Position numbers and translations under genes: made by a program | In this document: piece after piece, positions 41,985-53,752 of the stretch | Layout: each line of letters begins with the position of its first letter | Numbering within the stretch: the first letter of the stretch is position 1 | The notes under the pieces: generated by a model | Told to the model about the DNA's origin: nothing | Database searches by the model: none | The model's input: the letters and a program-made list of their open reading frames with translations, nothing else | DNA from: Tubiluchus corallicola | Lineage: Eukaryota; Animalia; Priapulida | DNA: 64,000 nt | Reading direction: 5' to 3' | Assembly (NCBI GenBank): GCA_030141605.1 | Contig: JAQGDQ010000073.1 | Span: 62,001 to 126,000 of the forward strand

Positions 41985-42445
41985 TGGTTAGTTAAAACGG
42001 TTATTAGTAATTTTTATCAAGGCTGCGACTCTTCAGTGCATATGTAAGTAGTATCTTCATGTACAACAGTGAAATGTGGGTTTGACTGCAATTCATGAGA
42101 CAAAAATAGACGTGTTCCACAGAGATCTACTACAAATAAAAAATAAAATGGCAATATATCATTTCTAATGAGCACATGATCTTTGGAGCACTAAAATCAG
42201 TATCAGGAGGCTATGACGGGTAGGACATTTAATGAGATTGCCAGAAACAACTCCTCGAAGACTAGCATTAAACTAGGCACTGAAATTAATAAAGATTTAC
42301 AACAGCCGGGACCAAGCTTAAAACTGGCATTACAAGAGTTGAAAATTTTAGCTGCAGACAGGAAACAGTGGGGTGCTCTAATAAGGGATAGTGGCTCAGT
42401 GTTTACAATAGATGTTTAGAACAACAGAAGAAAAAGAAGAAGAAT
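41985..42445 (+). mobile_element. RTE-clade LINE 3' remnant
   Basis: AYVSSIFMYNSEMW (compare LYGCETW), LAADRKQWGALI (compare A.DR..WR), followed by an (AGA)n-like tail. Confidence 0.65.
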
Positions 42446-42639
42446 TAGTATCCTGTTTTTATCGTTTTCTTCGAAAATTTAGTTTTTCTACTGAATCATC
42501 AATCCGTTTTTAATCTCAAGATTCAACATCTTTTGAAAAGTTTTTTTCTATATGTTTCTTGCTTGAGTTTGCCTAGTGGTTACGCCTCTGGTTAGGCCCA
42601 TGGTTAGTGATTAGCAAATTGAAGCTGAACAACTGTCAA

Positions 42640-42740
42640 GCAGTTCCAGTTATTGATATTTGGGTAGCTGTGAATTATTTTTCGGTCAGAAACAATTCCA
42701 GTTATTGATTTTTAGGTAGCTGTAAATTATTTTACGGTCA
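42640..42740. repeat. ~53-bp tandem duplication
   Basis: TTCCAGTTATTGAT.TT..GGTAGCTGT.AATTATTTT.CGGTCA occurs twice. Confidence 0.85.
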
Positions 42741-45227
42741 TGCAAATAAATACAAATTGACTGAGAGAGTGTTATAATTCGGTATATTTTAAAGCCTGAA
42801 TGAATAAACCGTTCAGTGGCGGTCTTTCTCTCTGTAGATGGCCGTGGCGAGTCCAGCTACTGGCATATTTTACCTTGGGCCCGGAATAAAGAGCTGAAAC
42901 TACAAAGGTGATTATAACTGTGGGATACTTTCGCCAACGCAGTGACCTGACTGAATCCTTGAAGATCAATGAGCACAGTGGCGAGTACTCCATCCATGAC
43001 GTCATTACCGGGATAGTTGAAATTTATTTCCGGCATTCTACGACGCCCTGGGGTGAACCCTGGCGTAAGTCGCGTGATAAGTGAACGAACACATTCAAGG
43101 ACAGGGCGCTCTGACCTTATTCCGCTCCTTGCTGGCAGAGATATACTTTACGCGTACTTTAAATTCTAAGAATGACAGAAATGTACATAAAGTAATAATA
43201 CGTGGCACCACTAGCTTCTCCTAATATAATTATAGTACAGTAAATTGGAAAGATTGGAAATATTCGGTTTATTTGAGCAGTTAAATATATAAAAGCACTG
43301 TGCATGTACCTCACTTCTATTTTATTCGTGCCTTAAAGCTGAAACTGAGAGGACTGAAAGAGAAAGTCTCCGTAATGTAGTCAATGACGAAATGGCGTAG
43401 ATTTCAGAATTAGCAGATGTATGGCACTATTTCTGAGTACACACTAAGAAGGAAACCTTTAATCGCCGCATCGCTCCATTTTTTGGGAACCTCAATAAGA
43501 TCACAATTTGCAAAGCCAAGACAGCCACACAAATAACATGCTGCATTCTGGAGCCTGTAGATAAATTCCGCATGATATTAGTGGCTGGTTTGGATGTAAT
43601 GGGCGCATTTGTAAATACAGTATTGTAAATGAAAATTTTTTATTGATATAACTATGTTGTAATATGCAACTGTTTAAAATGAACTGCAAAGTCAAGTTCA
43701 TATTATTTCGGTACTGAAATAATCAGTGACATTGCTTGTTTAAATACAAACAGTGAATATAGGCTTAGTTGTAATCACATGGATGCAACATTTATCTCTA
43801 ATGATTAAAGTAGTGTCAGAGGTCAATTAACGATTTGGCACACTGCGTCAAAATTTTAACATGGGCAAGTGTATTTTTTGTAATAATTTATGATAGTCTT
43901 GGTAACATTATTAGCTATACATTTATTTAACACTGTATTATTAATCTGTTTGATATTGTATCTGACTAATAAGTAGCTTATATTAGTACATTAGATTGGA
44001 GTATAAAACAGAACCAATAGCTGAAATGATGTACAGAAATATGTGTTTATTTGGACAGTCTGTTTAGTTTACTTTAGACGGGTAAATGCCTAAATCTGAA
44101 CTTTATTTTCACGAAGTCTCAATCATAACCAATTTTTAAATTTTGTAGTTACATTACCTTTCCAAATCAAATTATTTTATCAAAATATTGCTACAAAACA
44201 TTTCAAATACTGATTGTTGATTAGCAATGTTATTTGGAACGGCCTTAAAATGCAATGCAATGTAACAGAAAATTTGCACTGGAAAAGCTCATATCAGATA
44301 CTCACCTATAATCGCGGAAAACGATTATTTAGTATTGCCCACTACAAGTACTTATTCAGCCCAAACCTATATATAAACGCAAAGCTAAAACGCATCTGAC
44401 TGTATGCTGCATAGATCGCCTAAAAATAATTACACTTTTATGAAACATTAAAAACGCTGCCATCAGTGTATTCATGTACTTATGAATGGTTTAACATCTT
44501 GCCTGCAACTAGACGTCCATTTATGTAAAAACGTATTTTAAAATAAAAGGTTAATCATCCTCGTCACCTTTTCACTTTCAACCCTTCTAAAGTTGTGATA
44601 ACGGCACAAGAAAGGACATGTACAAGCACAGGTGTGACCCTTCTGCAGTTTATGAAGGAGCATTTTTATTCTAATAAATTTTGTATGCAGACATTTAAAG
44701 TAGATAGTTAATATGTGCCATAATGTGTATTGAGTGTGGTTTTGCTATCAGTTGTCACAGAGGCTAACGCTAGGCTAACACCGTCAGCACTTTTACGCTG
44801 ATTAAAGAAATCTTTATTGAGGCGGGAATAAATCACACACTGTGTATTGCACATTCGTGAAATTAACTGAACATCTGACGTAATGTATTATGAATGATAT
44901 TGTATTAATTAGTAAGATATAGCAGATAACCAGAATATTCATTTGTGTTTGTTGGAGTATATACCTGCATGGAAATTTCAGAAAACGGCCAAACGGGTTT
45001 GGAACGCTTTTTTCATTTCTTCCATGCATATTTATTTTGTAAATTTCGGTTCTGCAATCAAGCATCACATTCTTATTTTATATTTGTAAAGTCCTTGTTG
45101 ACCTGTACCTAGACTTGTCGAGATTGCATTTTTATTGATTTAAGATTGATTCACTATCTGCTAGTTTTATTTTAGACAGCAAACGATACCGTTTTCTCCT
45201 CGAACTACCGGATCAGTCGGCATCGCG

Positions 45228-45284
45228 ATGCCGGATTCGGATCGGATTTCACTATTGTCTACGGTTGCACACTGCCCTTGCTGA
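45228..45284 (+). promoter_or_regulatory. 18-codon uORF in frame with, and directly abutting, the MCT start codon
   Basis: ATG CCG GAT...CAC TGC CCT TGC TGA|ATG GCT (MPDSDRISLLSTVAHCPC*). It lies within the same exon; the acceptor is at ~45175. Confidence 0.55.
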
Positions 45285-45385
45285 ATGGCTGCAGCCAGAT
45301 TCGTTCGAAACCCGAAGCAGAACGTGGATCGAGGGTGGGCATGGGTTGTCATGGTAGCGTCCCACTGGGCGCTGTTCTTGTGCAG
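45285..45385 (+). CDS. Monocarboxylate transporter (SLC16 family), coding exon 1 (not in the ORF track)
   Basis: MAAARFVRNPKQNVDRGWAWVVMVASHWALFLC carries the SLC16 D.GW.WVV signature; donor AG|gtaatc, phase 2. Confidence 0.88.
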
Positions 45386-46641
45386 GTAATCATCATTAAT
45401 TTTTAACGTGTTGATACTAGGATGTCCTCCTATTTGTTTAATAATTAGCTGTCGTTTCTGTTGGTCAGCGTTATTTTTTGTGCCTGCAATTCGAAATCTG
45501 GCTATCCAGCATACAGCAGCAGGTCGTGCTCAAACTGGATGGTCGTGGCCTGACTCATTTTCAAGGCAATGCCTCTCAGATAAGCCAGTGAACGGTTGGC
45601 CTCGGCGTGCATAGAACCGCTCTATACAAGGTAAATAGCCAGAGTCTGCACGGCGAACGAAACAGCCCAATGAGGAGAATCAAAGTGGTTCACCTGTTCA
45701 TTTAACAGATAAGCCTTGGAGCCATTCTGAACTTTGATTGCCAAACACGAAGTGTTACCTCTGCACCCGACGCATTTGTCTTTTTACAGTGTCTTTATGC
45801 ACTGACGAATGTCATATGCAAATGTAATTTTTTATTAACATTTGTGATGTTCAAAATTTTTATTTCAAATAAAGATTTTACACACATACGCAGAAACTAG
45901 TCAGTGGTCGTGAACTTCGCCTCCCTATCTATCAGAGCAGTCATGCATAATCATAAAGACAACGTGCCCATTAAAGGAAAAGAAAATGGGTACCTGAAGT
46001 ATATTTCAGAAAAATCGCCTTAAAAATTACATGTCTTTACAGAATTTTTATGCATATATCGTACTTGCGCTAAAAGGAAGTTTAGTTTGTTTTCATTTTA
46101 AATCTCCGGCAACACTGTCCCAACCGCGCCATTAAAAGACGTCATATATGCAAACGTAAATCAGGGGAAGACAAGGCAATGTTAAATTATGTCCCAAAAT
46201 GCTTTCCATGCAAATCTATGTTTCTTAGCATTTCGCTTGCCTGCAGGAAAGACTTATGTAACTAGAAATAATAATTTAAAATGTTTGTGATAATTGGTAA
46301 AATATCGCTGACTCAACCTCCAGGATGCACTACTTCCTAGCCAAAAACGTATTTTTAGTCTTATTGACAAGATATAGTAATTTAAAATTTTACTTACTCA
46401 GTAACATGTGTGCTCTGATTATTTTTTCCAAACTTTACACAATGTTATCTAAACTTGTTTCATACGACCTACCATTAAAATGGCTGCGTCTAACGGTCAT
46501 CGCGGGAGTTTAAATTTACAAGTTTTATACAGCGTTACTGTCGACACAAGCCTTACATGCAAAAAGCCAGTATGTAAGTGGCATAAAATTTCAAGACGAA
46601 TTCTTTAAGCTTTACGTAAGTGGACGGTTTTCTTGTGTTTC

Positions 46642-46851
46642 AAGTCTCAAAAACTTTTATTTTTCACAGGAGCTTTAGTCCTTCACTGACTTCGTCAGCT
46701 GAAATCTACTTGTATGGCTTATATCTTCAAAGACTTGTACGGTCTAGATCTTGAAAGACGTCTTTCAAGACATATGCCATACAAGTAGATTTTATCTGAG
46801 GGTCCGTGAATGACGAAAGCTTCTGTGAAAAATAAAAAATTTTTGAGACTT
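46642..46851. mobile_element. ~210-bp imperfect palindrome, probably an inverted Penelope-like terminal repeat with degenerate minimal hammerhead motifs
   Basis: Arms AAGTCTCAAAAA..TTTATTTTTCACAG...ATCTACTTGTATGGC and its reverse complement. Each arm contains CTGA..GTC..GAC(G/T)AAAGCT followed by AATAAA. Confidence 0.6.
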
Positions 46852-47266
46852 AATGGGCACCGTCTTCTTTGCGATTATAACCATGACAAGCCTCAGAAGA
46901 GCACTATCTTATTTTCAAGCAGTCATGCATGATGCAGATGGGGTTAAATATTGTCAAGAAAATTTAATATGGTTAATTGTCACAACCAGTGATAGAATCT
47001 ACCGGTTGCTGTTTTTATGTAAGTAATCGCCCCAGTGTTTTTCTCTTTTTACGGACCTTGACGTTCTAGTGCAGGCGTTCTTCTGCAATGGTGCTAAATT
47101 TGTGTACTTCTCAACCTGTTGCCTATCTAGCAGTCAAGTATGATGCAAGTTAAATGAATGTTGCGCAAGAATAGTTTTCTCAAGGCTTTAAATCTTTTGA
47201 CGGGGCCTTGGGTCCTCTCGATTAGTGAACTTATGAAATGTAGTACAATCATTTAACTGTAGGATC

Positions 47267-47269
<3 letters not shown>

Positions 47270-47356
<87 letters not shown>
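47270..47356. repeat. (GA)n microsatellite
   Basis: Direct. Confidence 0.98.
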
Positions 47357-47363
<7 letters not shown>

Positions 47364-47559
47364 ATGATGAACACAAATTAATCCTACCAGTGAATTATTT
47401 TTTCTTGAAATTCTTCGAGAATCGATGCAGGAAATTTGAGTTTTATTAGGTTTCTTGTTTTGTAAATGCTCATGAAAATACTACGCTTTGGCAATAAATT
47501 AGTCTGTTATGCTTTGGTAATCAGTTGGTGTTTATAACTTTGTTGTAATTATTTTGCAG

Positions 47560-47675
47560 TGGTCTTTGTTATTCATTTGGTGTGTACACGGTCGCCCTAG
47601 TTGAAGGGCTAAATGAAACCAGAGCACGCGTGGCCCTTCTTGGCTCTTTCCCGCCATCTCTCATGTGCCTTTGTG
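47560..47675 (+). CDS. SLC16 exon 2 (not in the ORF track)
   Basis: ttttgcag|T GGT...GLCYSFGVYTVALVEGLNETRARVALLGSFPPSLMCLC G|gtaagt. Confidence 0.9.
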
Positions 47676-49808
47676 GTAAGTAAATAACTAAAGAACATAG
47701 ATGTATGGACTGTCGCACGGATTCACAAACAGACAAATGTCATTATGTAACGATGCAGCGTTAATATTTTATTGTTGCAAATACTAAGCATGGGAGATTT
47801 GTATTTAGTTCTTCCAAATGAATAAGTTTAAATGGTTTATTGATATTTTTATTTCAGATTTCCTTTCTGAAAGCTAGGGGATTTGCAAATGACTATTATT
47901 ATTGTTATTATCAATTTCACAAAGGCTTAAACGTCCCACAGGTTCAGACATCTGCTTTGCCTGTTTGCAATTTAGTGAAGGTCTGAAGATAGATAGAAAT
48001 TTATTTTTTACATGGATACATTAAAATTACATGTAAACAATGTTTCCACGATGGTCCGTTATGGCCATAATGGGCAGTTAGTAAAATTAAAAGAGACCAT
48101 TTTAAATAAGTAAATTACTGAAAGACAGTCAAGTTCATTACAAAAGCATGTTACATATTACATACATGGCGATCTGCAGAAAACGAGTAAAGCTACCGCA
48201 GCTGTCTAAAAATGCATGCAAATAAAATCTTGCACTCCTTTCGTCTCACTGCTGCTCTAGTAACCAAGAAGACCTCGATGTGCGAACATACTTGTATTCC
48301 AAGTGCATGGATAAAATTGTACATCCAAAGGTGGATTTTTAACTAACTAAATTGGCTTTATACTCTGAGGTTGATTTAGTGTCTGAATGTGTACGGCACA
48401 TGTTACATAATTTTGTTTTCAAATTATTATAAACTTATCCGGGTCTGACAGGTGAAGAACAAATACAAGTGACTATAGAGAGAATATTGCTCTCGTACTG
48501 AATCCTGAATCCCTTCTAAACCTTTAATGACTTTGTCCATTTGTACCTCTGTTGGCAGTACATGTAGATACGCGGATTTATTTTGCCTCTGTGTCACTAG
48601 AAACACACTGGATGGTGTCTCTGCAATCCATATGCAATGAAAAGTGCTTGGGCAAAGTTGTTTCATACCAGCAGAGCATAGCCTAAGGATACTGTTCTGT
48701 TAACATTACAGACATGCAAAAAGGCGACGTGTTAAGGACTCAGCTTACAAAGAACCTATCAAATAAACCAAGATAAATGACTGCTGTTGCAGATGTGTAA
48801 TGAAAAAAAAACTGCCAGGTGGGGATATCTATTTAAATGAACCATGCAAGTGTGTCAAATACTTTTCAAGGACCTAATATGGTATATTCTGCTTATCAAT
48901 TAAAAATAAACAAATTCTGTTTATTAGGCAGTATAGTACTCGTTATAGATTGTAATAAAGGTCTTTATTTACTTAGCCAGACACAATCCAGTAGCTAGGT
49001 TTGATGTCCAGTTTAAAGGTTAACAAACTTGAACCCTTCTTACTGTTGTCTTAAGGTAAACCAACTGGCTGAGCTTGAGTCAGTCTTTGCTTGGAGACAT
49101 CTGGCAAACAGAAAGGCCACTCATACTGCCATAGTGTTACAAATAACTGAACGCATCAATTCGGTGAAGATCATTAATAAAATATTACTGTGGTGCAGCA
49201 TCGTAATTAATTACTATACCGACCTGTACTTAACCTCAGGGTAGTAAATCAATGTCGCAATTTGCAATTCAGAGGCTATTGTATTTTAAATGAAAGAATA
49301 TACATAACACTGTGTAAAAGCCTGTATAAAGCAAAACTATAGCTGTACGAAAACTAGCTCTGTGCATAATTTCTCTATACAAGAGTTCAAAACATTTAGC
49401 TAATTTGCAGCTAAAACAATTCATAATTTTGCTAAAAGGGTTCAAAATTTTAGAAATGTGCACCTAGAAAAAGTCTTAGGTCATTTATATGGCTTCACAT
49501 ATGTAGAGAATTTAAGAGAAATAACATTTAAATTACCCTGCTTGGCTTCAGCCTGCATTTTGTTAGTTATTATTGTTTGTATTTTAATGGGCAGTTGTGA
49601 TTTCAAGTTTTACAAATCATTACTATTTGGAAAGTGTACAAATGCATGCGAGTCTCCATGAAACAATGTGTGCCAAGGACCAATTTGAATTTGCAATGAA
49701 CCTAATTGTTTGGTAGTAGTAATTATTAATATTTTAAGCAAACAGCTGTATTTTCATTGACAGTTATACAGTTCATTAAATTCAATTTTCATATTCTCTT
49801 AATTACAG

Positions 49809-49952
49809 CTCCATTGGCAAGTATTCTGTGTCAGAAGGTTGGGGTGAGGATGGCGACCATTATTGGCAGTCTTTTTATGGCAGTTGGTTACTCACTAAGC
49901 TATTTTGCAACGAATATTTATTTCCTGTACATATCTTATGGAATTTTAGTTG
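49809..49952 (+). CDS. SLC16 exon 3
   Basis: ttacag|CT CCA...PLASILCQKVGVR...LYISYGILV G|gtgagt. Confidence 0.92.
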
Positions 49953-50932
49953 GTGAGTGAATAAACTGATGCAATTTAAAACATTACTAATGTCATATTA
50001 TATCTTAAGGGAGAACCTGAGAGGTGCATGATGGGTACTAGGTACCCATTTAAAATCTTAAACTATTAGTTGGTGGGTTATAATCGTCATGCTACTTGAT
50101 GTCAAGTATAACCAGAGAGACGAGAGGCATTTAATAAGTAAACGCCACTTTAGAGAATCAATTACTAGTAACTTTTGGGCATTTGATTTGGACAACTGAT
50201 GTACATGTATAAACAAACTGTTTTGTTTCCTATGGCAAGTTAACGTGTCAACCTTATTTTATTACGCATTCTCTTAAGCCCTTGCTTCTTCTTGTTTTGT
50301 CTGTGTTTACATGAGGATCATATAATATTCCATTGTAAGCATAATGTCAGTTGCAGCTGACTCTGTCAGAAAGATTAATGATGGAATTAGCTATATTGTG
50401 CTTTCAAAAGGATATTTTAATGAAAAGAATAATTACTTTGAAATAATGATCCAAAAAAAAACTGGTTGGCCAACTGATACAGCACAGCAGCATGGCTATG
50501 AGGGTTGACATCATCGAATGAGGGATTAACAAAATTCGGGGTGCTGTACCAGCACATGATCAATTTTCATGATGTGGATGTCATAATTTTAAAAAGATAT
50601 ATATGTGCCAGCTCACAAGCAGTGTTGTTGTGGCCATAAAACTTGTTTGCTATAGCCTGATTCTGATTATAGTAGCAAATGTTAGGAAGTAGTATGTACA
50701 GATGTAAAAAGTAATTTGAGATGTCCACTGTCCAGTAACGTCAAAGCTGCAATTTCGAAATACTGTAATGTCTGAAAGGTAGTATGTTACACTTTCATGC
50801 AAAACAATCTAGAAAATAAGATCATAGAACAGTTGTGCAAATTTACTTCTTGCAAGAGGCTATTTTAAATTTTGGATTGCAGTAGTAGCAGTAGAAAGAT
50901 GTTTAAGATTAAAAGATCTATCATTTTTTTAG

Positions 50933-51883
50933 GTCTTGGGGTCGATTTTGTCTACCTCAGTATACTAGCAGCAACCGGCCAGTATTTCCATAAACGTAGG
51001 AGCATGGCTATGGCTATAGTTATTGGAGGTGCAGGTGCAGGACAGTTAGCATTCCCTCCTCTACTGCAGTTTTTTATCGACCAATACACGTGGCGTGGAT
51101 CAATGTTGATCGCCGGTGCTATAACACTTAATATATGTGTGTGTGGTGCTATGTTACACCCACTATGTGATGTATCTAGCGAATCTGTGATACAATATAA
51201 GACGGAAAATGAGCAGTCCCATGCAAACGAAAAGATGTTACAGAATCACCAGGATGACTACGAAGCCGATAGTGGTATAACCTTAACTGAAGCCAGTGAT
51301 ACAGAAAGTGTGGTGAAAGCAGACTGTTGTGCAGATTTACCAGAAACAGCTTATAAACAAAAATCCCTGACAATTCTAGCAAAACTCTTGCACATCATTG
51401 AGAAAATAGATGGCATAAAGTTGTTCCGCAACTCACTATTTAACAGCCTGGCTGTAAACAGCTTCTTTTTGTATGGCTTAGCATCAGCAGTTCTTATCCT
51501 GTTTGTTGACACAATTACACAGCACGGCATTGCTGCAGAAGAGGCGACTTTCATTCTTTCGATCATGGGAATATGTAATACGGTTGGTCGATTTGTCATA
51601 GCAGTTATAGCAGCAACTGACAGGTTGAATCCGTTAATGCAGTACTATATTTCTTCACTGCTCACTGTAGTCGCTTCAGTACTCATGCCAGCAGGAAGGA
51701 CATATCTCAGTTTCGCTGCCTTTGGCGGAATATTTGGTCTTTCTTATGGGTTAATCTCTGCATTGCTACCAACAGTGGCTACTGACATAGCAAATTATGT
51801 GGCCCCACATTTGGGAATTCATGGTATTGGCGTAGTCTTCTTCGTCTCGGGATTAGGTTCTTTTGCAATGCCAGCCATTGGCG
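50933..51883 (+). CDS. SLC16 exon 4
   Basis: tttttag|GT CTT; YFHKRRSMAMAI and YTWRGSMLI motifs, central loop and TM7-11; G|gtaagt. Confidence 0.93.
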
Positions 51884-52613
51884 GTAAGTAATAATATTCA
51901 CATATTGTTAAAGAAGTTATAGTGATACCGATTTGGAACACCAAAAAAACTGATGCTCAGTCTTACTTGAAATTAAGATAAGCTGCATGTACATATTATA
52001 ATACACAGAATGGGTTTTCCCTTAGTTAAAATTGTAACAGTAATTAGTCAAATTAATGAAGGCAGGACACAGAATGCTTTTACAAATATTTTAGGCAAAT
52101 GTGATTTGTAAGGCTTTGATCAAAAGACTTTGCCATACCTTTTGTCTAAAGTAGATCTCCCTGGGGAGAGTATCTGGTCAGTAAAATCTCAAGCAGTAAA
52201 ATCTCCATTAGCAGACTTGCCAAACTATGGGATATACGTTTTTTAACCTTAGTCACTCATTCCTATAAGCAGACCAATAAATCAACTAACCTCAAATATT
52301 TTATATCTGGTTAACAGCTTCTGTAAGAACACTGGTGCCGCTAGATAAGCAAAGTTGTAAAAGACTGGGCGAAATGTTATTAATTTTTCATTGATTATGT
52401 GCACTCCATGCTCGTCAAAATTTCTGTTGTTTTGTTTCCATGTCTCATGCAATCACTTATTTCTTTTTTTACCTCTTGGCAGTTCCACCTTATAAATTTC
52501 TGCACTCTTGTTCTGGGTAGGAAACCAACCAACCAAATATTTATAATCTCCTTTATGGAAAAAACTGGTATTCTCAGCTACGTTATTATATATGATATTT
52601 TGTTTTCTTCCAG

Positions 52614-53752
52614 GCTGCCTTTTTGATATCACTGGCAGCTATTATGCTACTTACATCTCTGGAAGTGTGATCACTTTTGTTACCATTGCTTTGGTATGCA
52701 TCGTTGAGAGATGCAAGAAACAATCTGACGAAGATGAACCGTACATCGAAGAAGTTTTTGCTAGTCAAATAAAAACTGACAATGTCAAAGACTGGGATAC
52801 AGGGGATTACTTTTCAAGTAACGGCAGCATTGGCAGACTTGATTACGAGTCAGATATAATTATAAATTATTTGCCTTATGAACCAGTAGTCCGCTCAAGA
52901 AGTGGAACACAATATGAAGATGTTATTCGCTCACGTAGTGGCACCACTGTCCTACGAGATCCACGGGTTGCACACTTAATAGGACACGAATTGGCAAGCG
53001 CTAAATCGAAGGTTTCAGTAGCAAGCAGTTATGAAACGTTAGTGTTTCCTCATCGCAAACATTTGCACAATGTGCATTCTAGGCAATTACAGTCTCAACA
53101 TCTCAATTCAGTGAATAGACTACACCATTCACAGCAAGACAGCAACACAAGCAGGTCAAACTCCAGACTTAGGTTACATGCTAACGTGCCTCATGCTAGA
53201 CTTACTCGACAACAACATTGCAAAAATCCCGCCATTCCTAGGTACTTACTAGATGACAAAATGGGTGGGTCGCATCCGGAAGACCTTCATCGCAGACCTT
53301 GCCAAGCTCACTGTAAACAGCAACACCTAACACCACCTGGGCATGTGCAACGACTGGGTTGCTCCCACCCTGAAAATCTCCACACACAATTGCCAGCACC
53401 GGCAGTACGCCGAAGAATGGATGAACACACAGACAGACACAGTGAGACTTACCATCCTGCTTCAATGCAACATCAACTGGTAGCTCCTCAATGTCAGCAA
53501 AACTCAGGGCTCGGAAGCCATGTTGGCAGAACTGAACTAGACGAAACTTCCCGAATGCGATCATTTTCTGCTGCAAGTTATCCCAGACCCTTCATACAAA
53601 ACCCAGGACATGAAACCCCAGTTTATATGAGTGGATCGATTGCTGAAATCCAGGATTCCCGTCTGCGGTCTTTTTCTACAACTGAATGCCCAGAAGATGT
53701 ACAGTATGACTGTTCAAAAGATAGTGAAACTAATAAAATTGAGAGGCAGTAA
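52614..53752 (+). CDS. SLC16 exon 5 (TM12 plus long cytoplasmic tail)
   Basis: ttccag|GC TGC; G.LFDITGSY motif, TM12, then ~345 aa to the stop. Exons total 2451 nt (816 aa plus stop). Confidence 0.88.
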
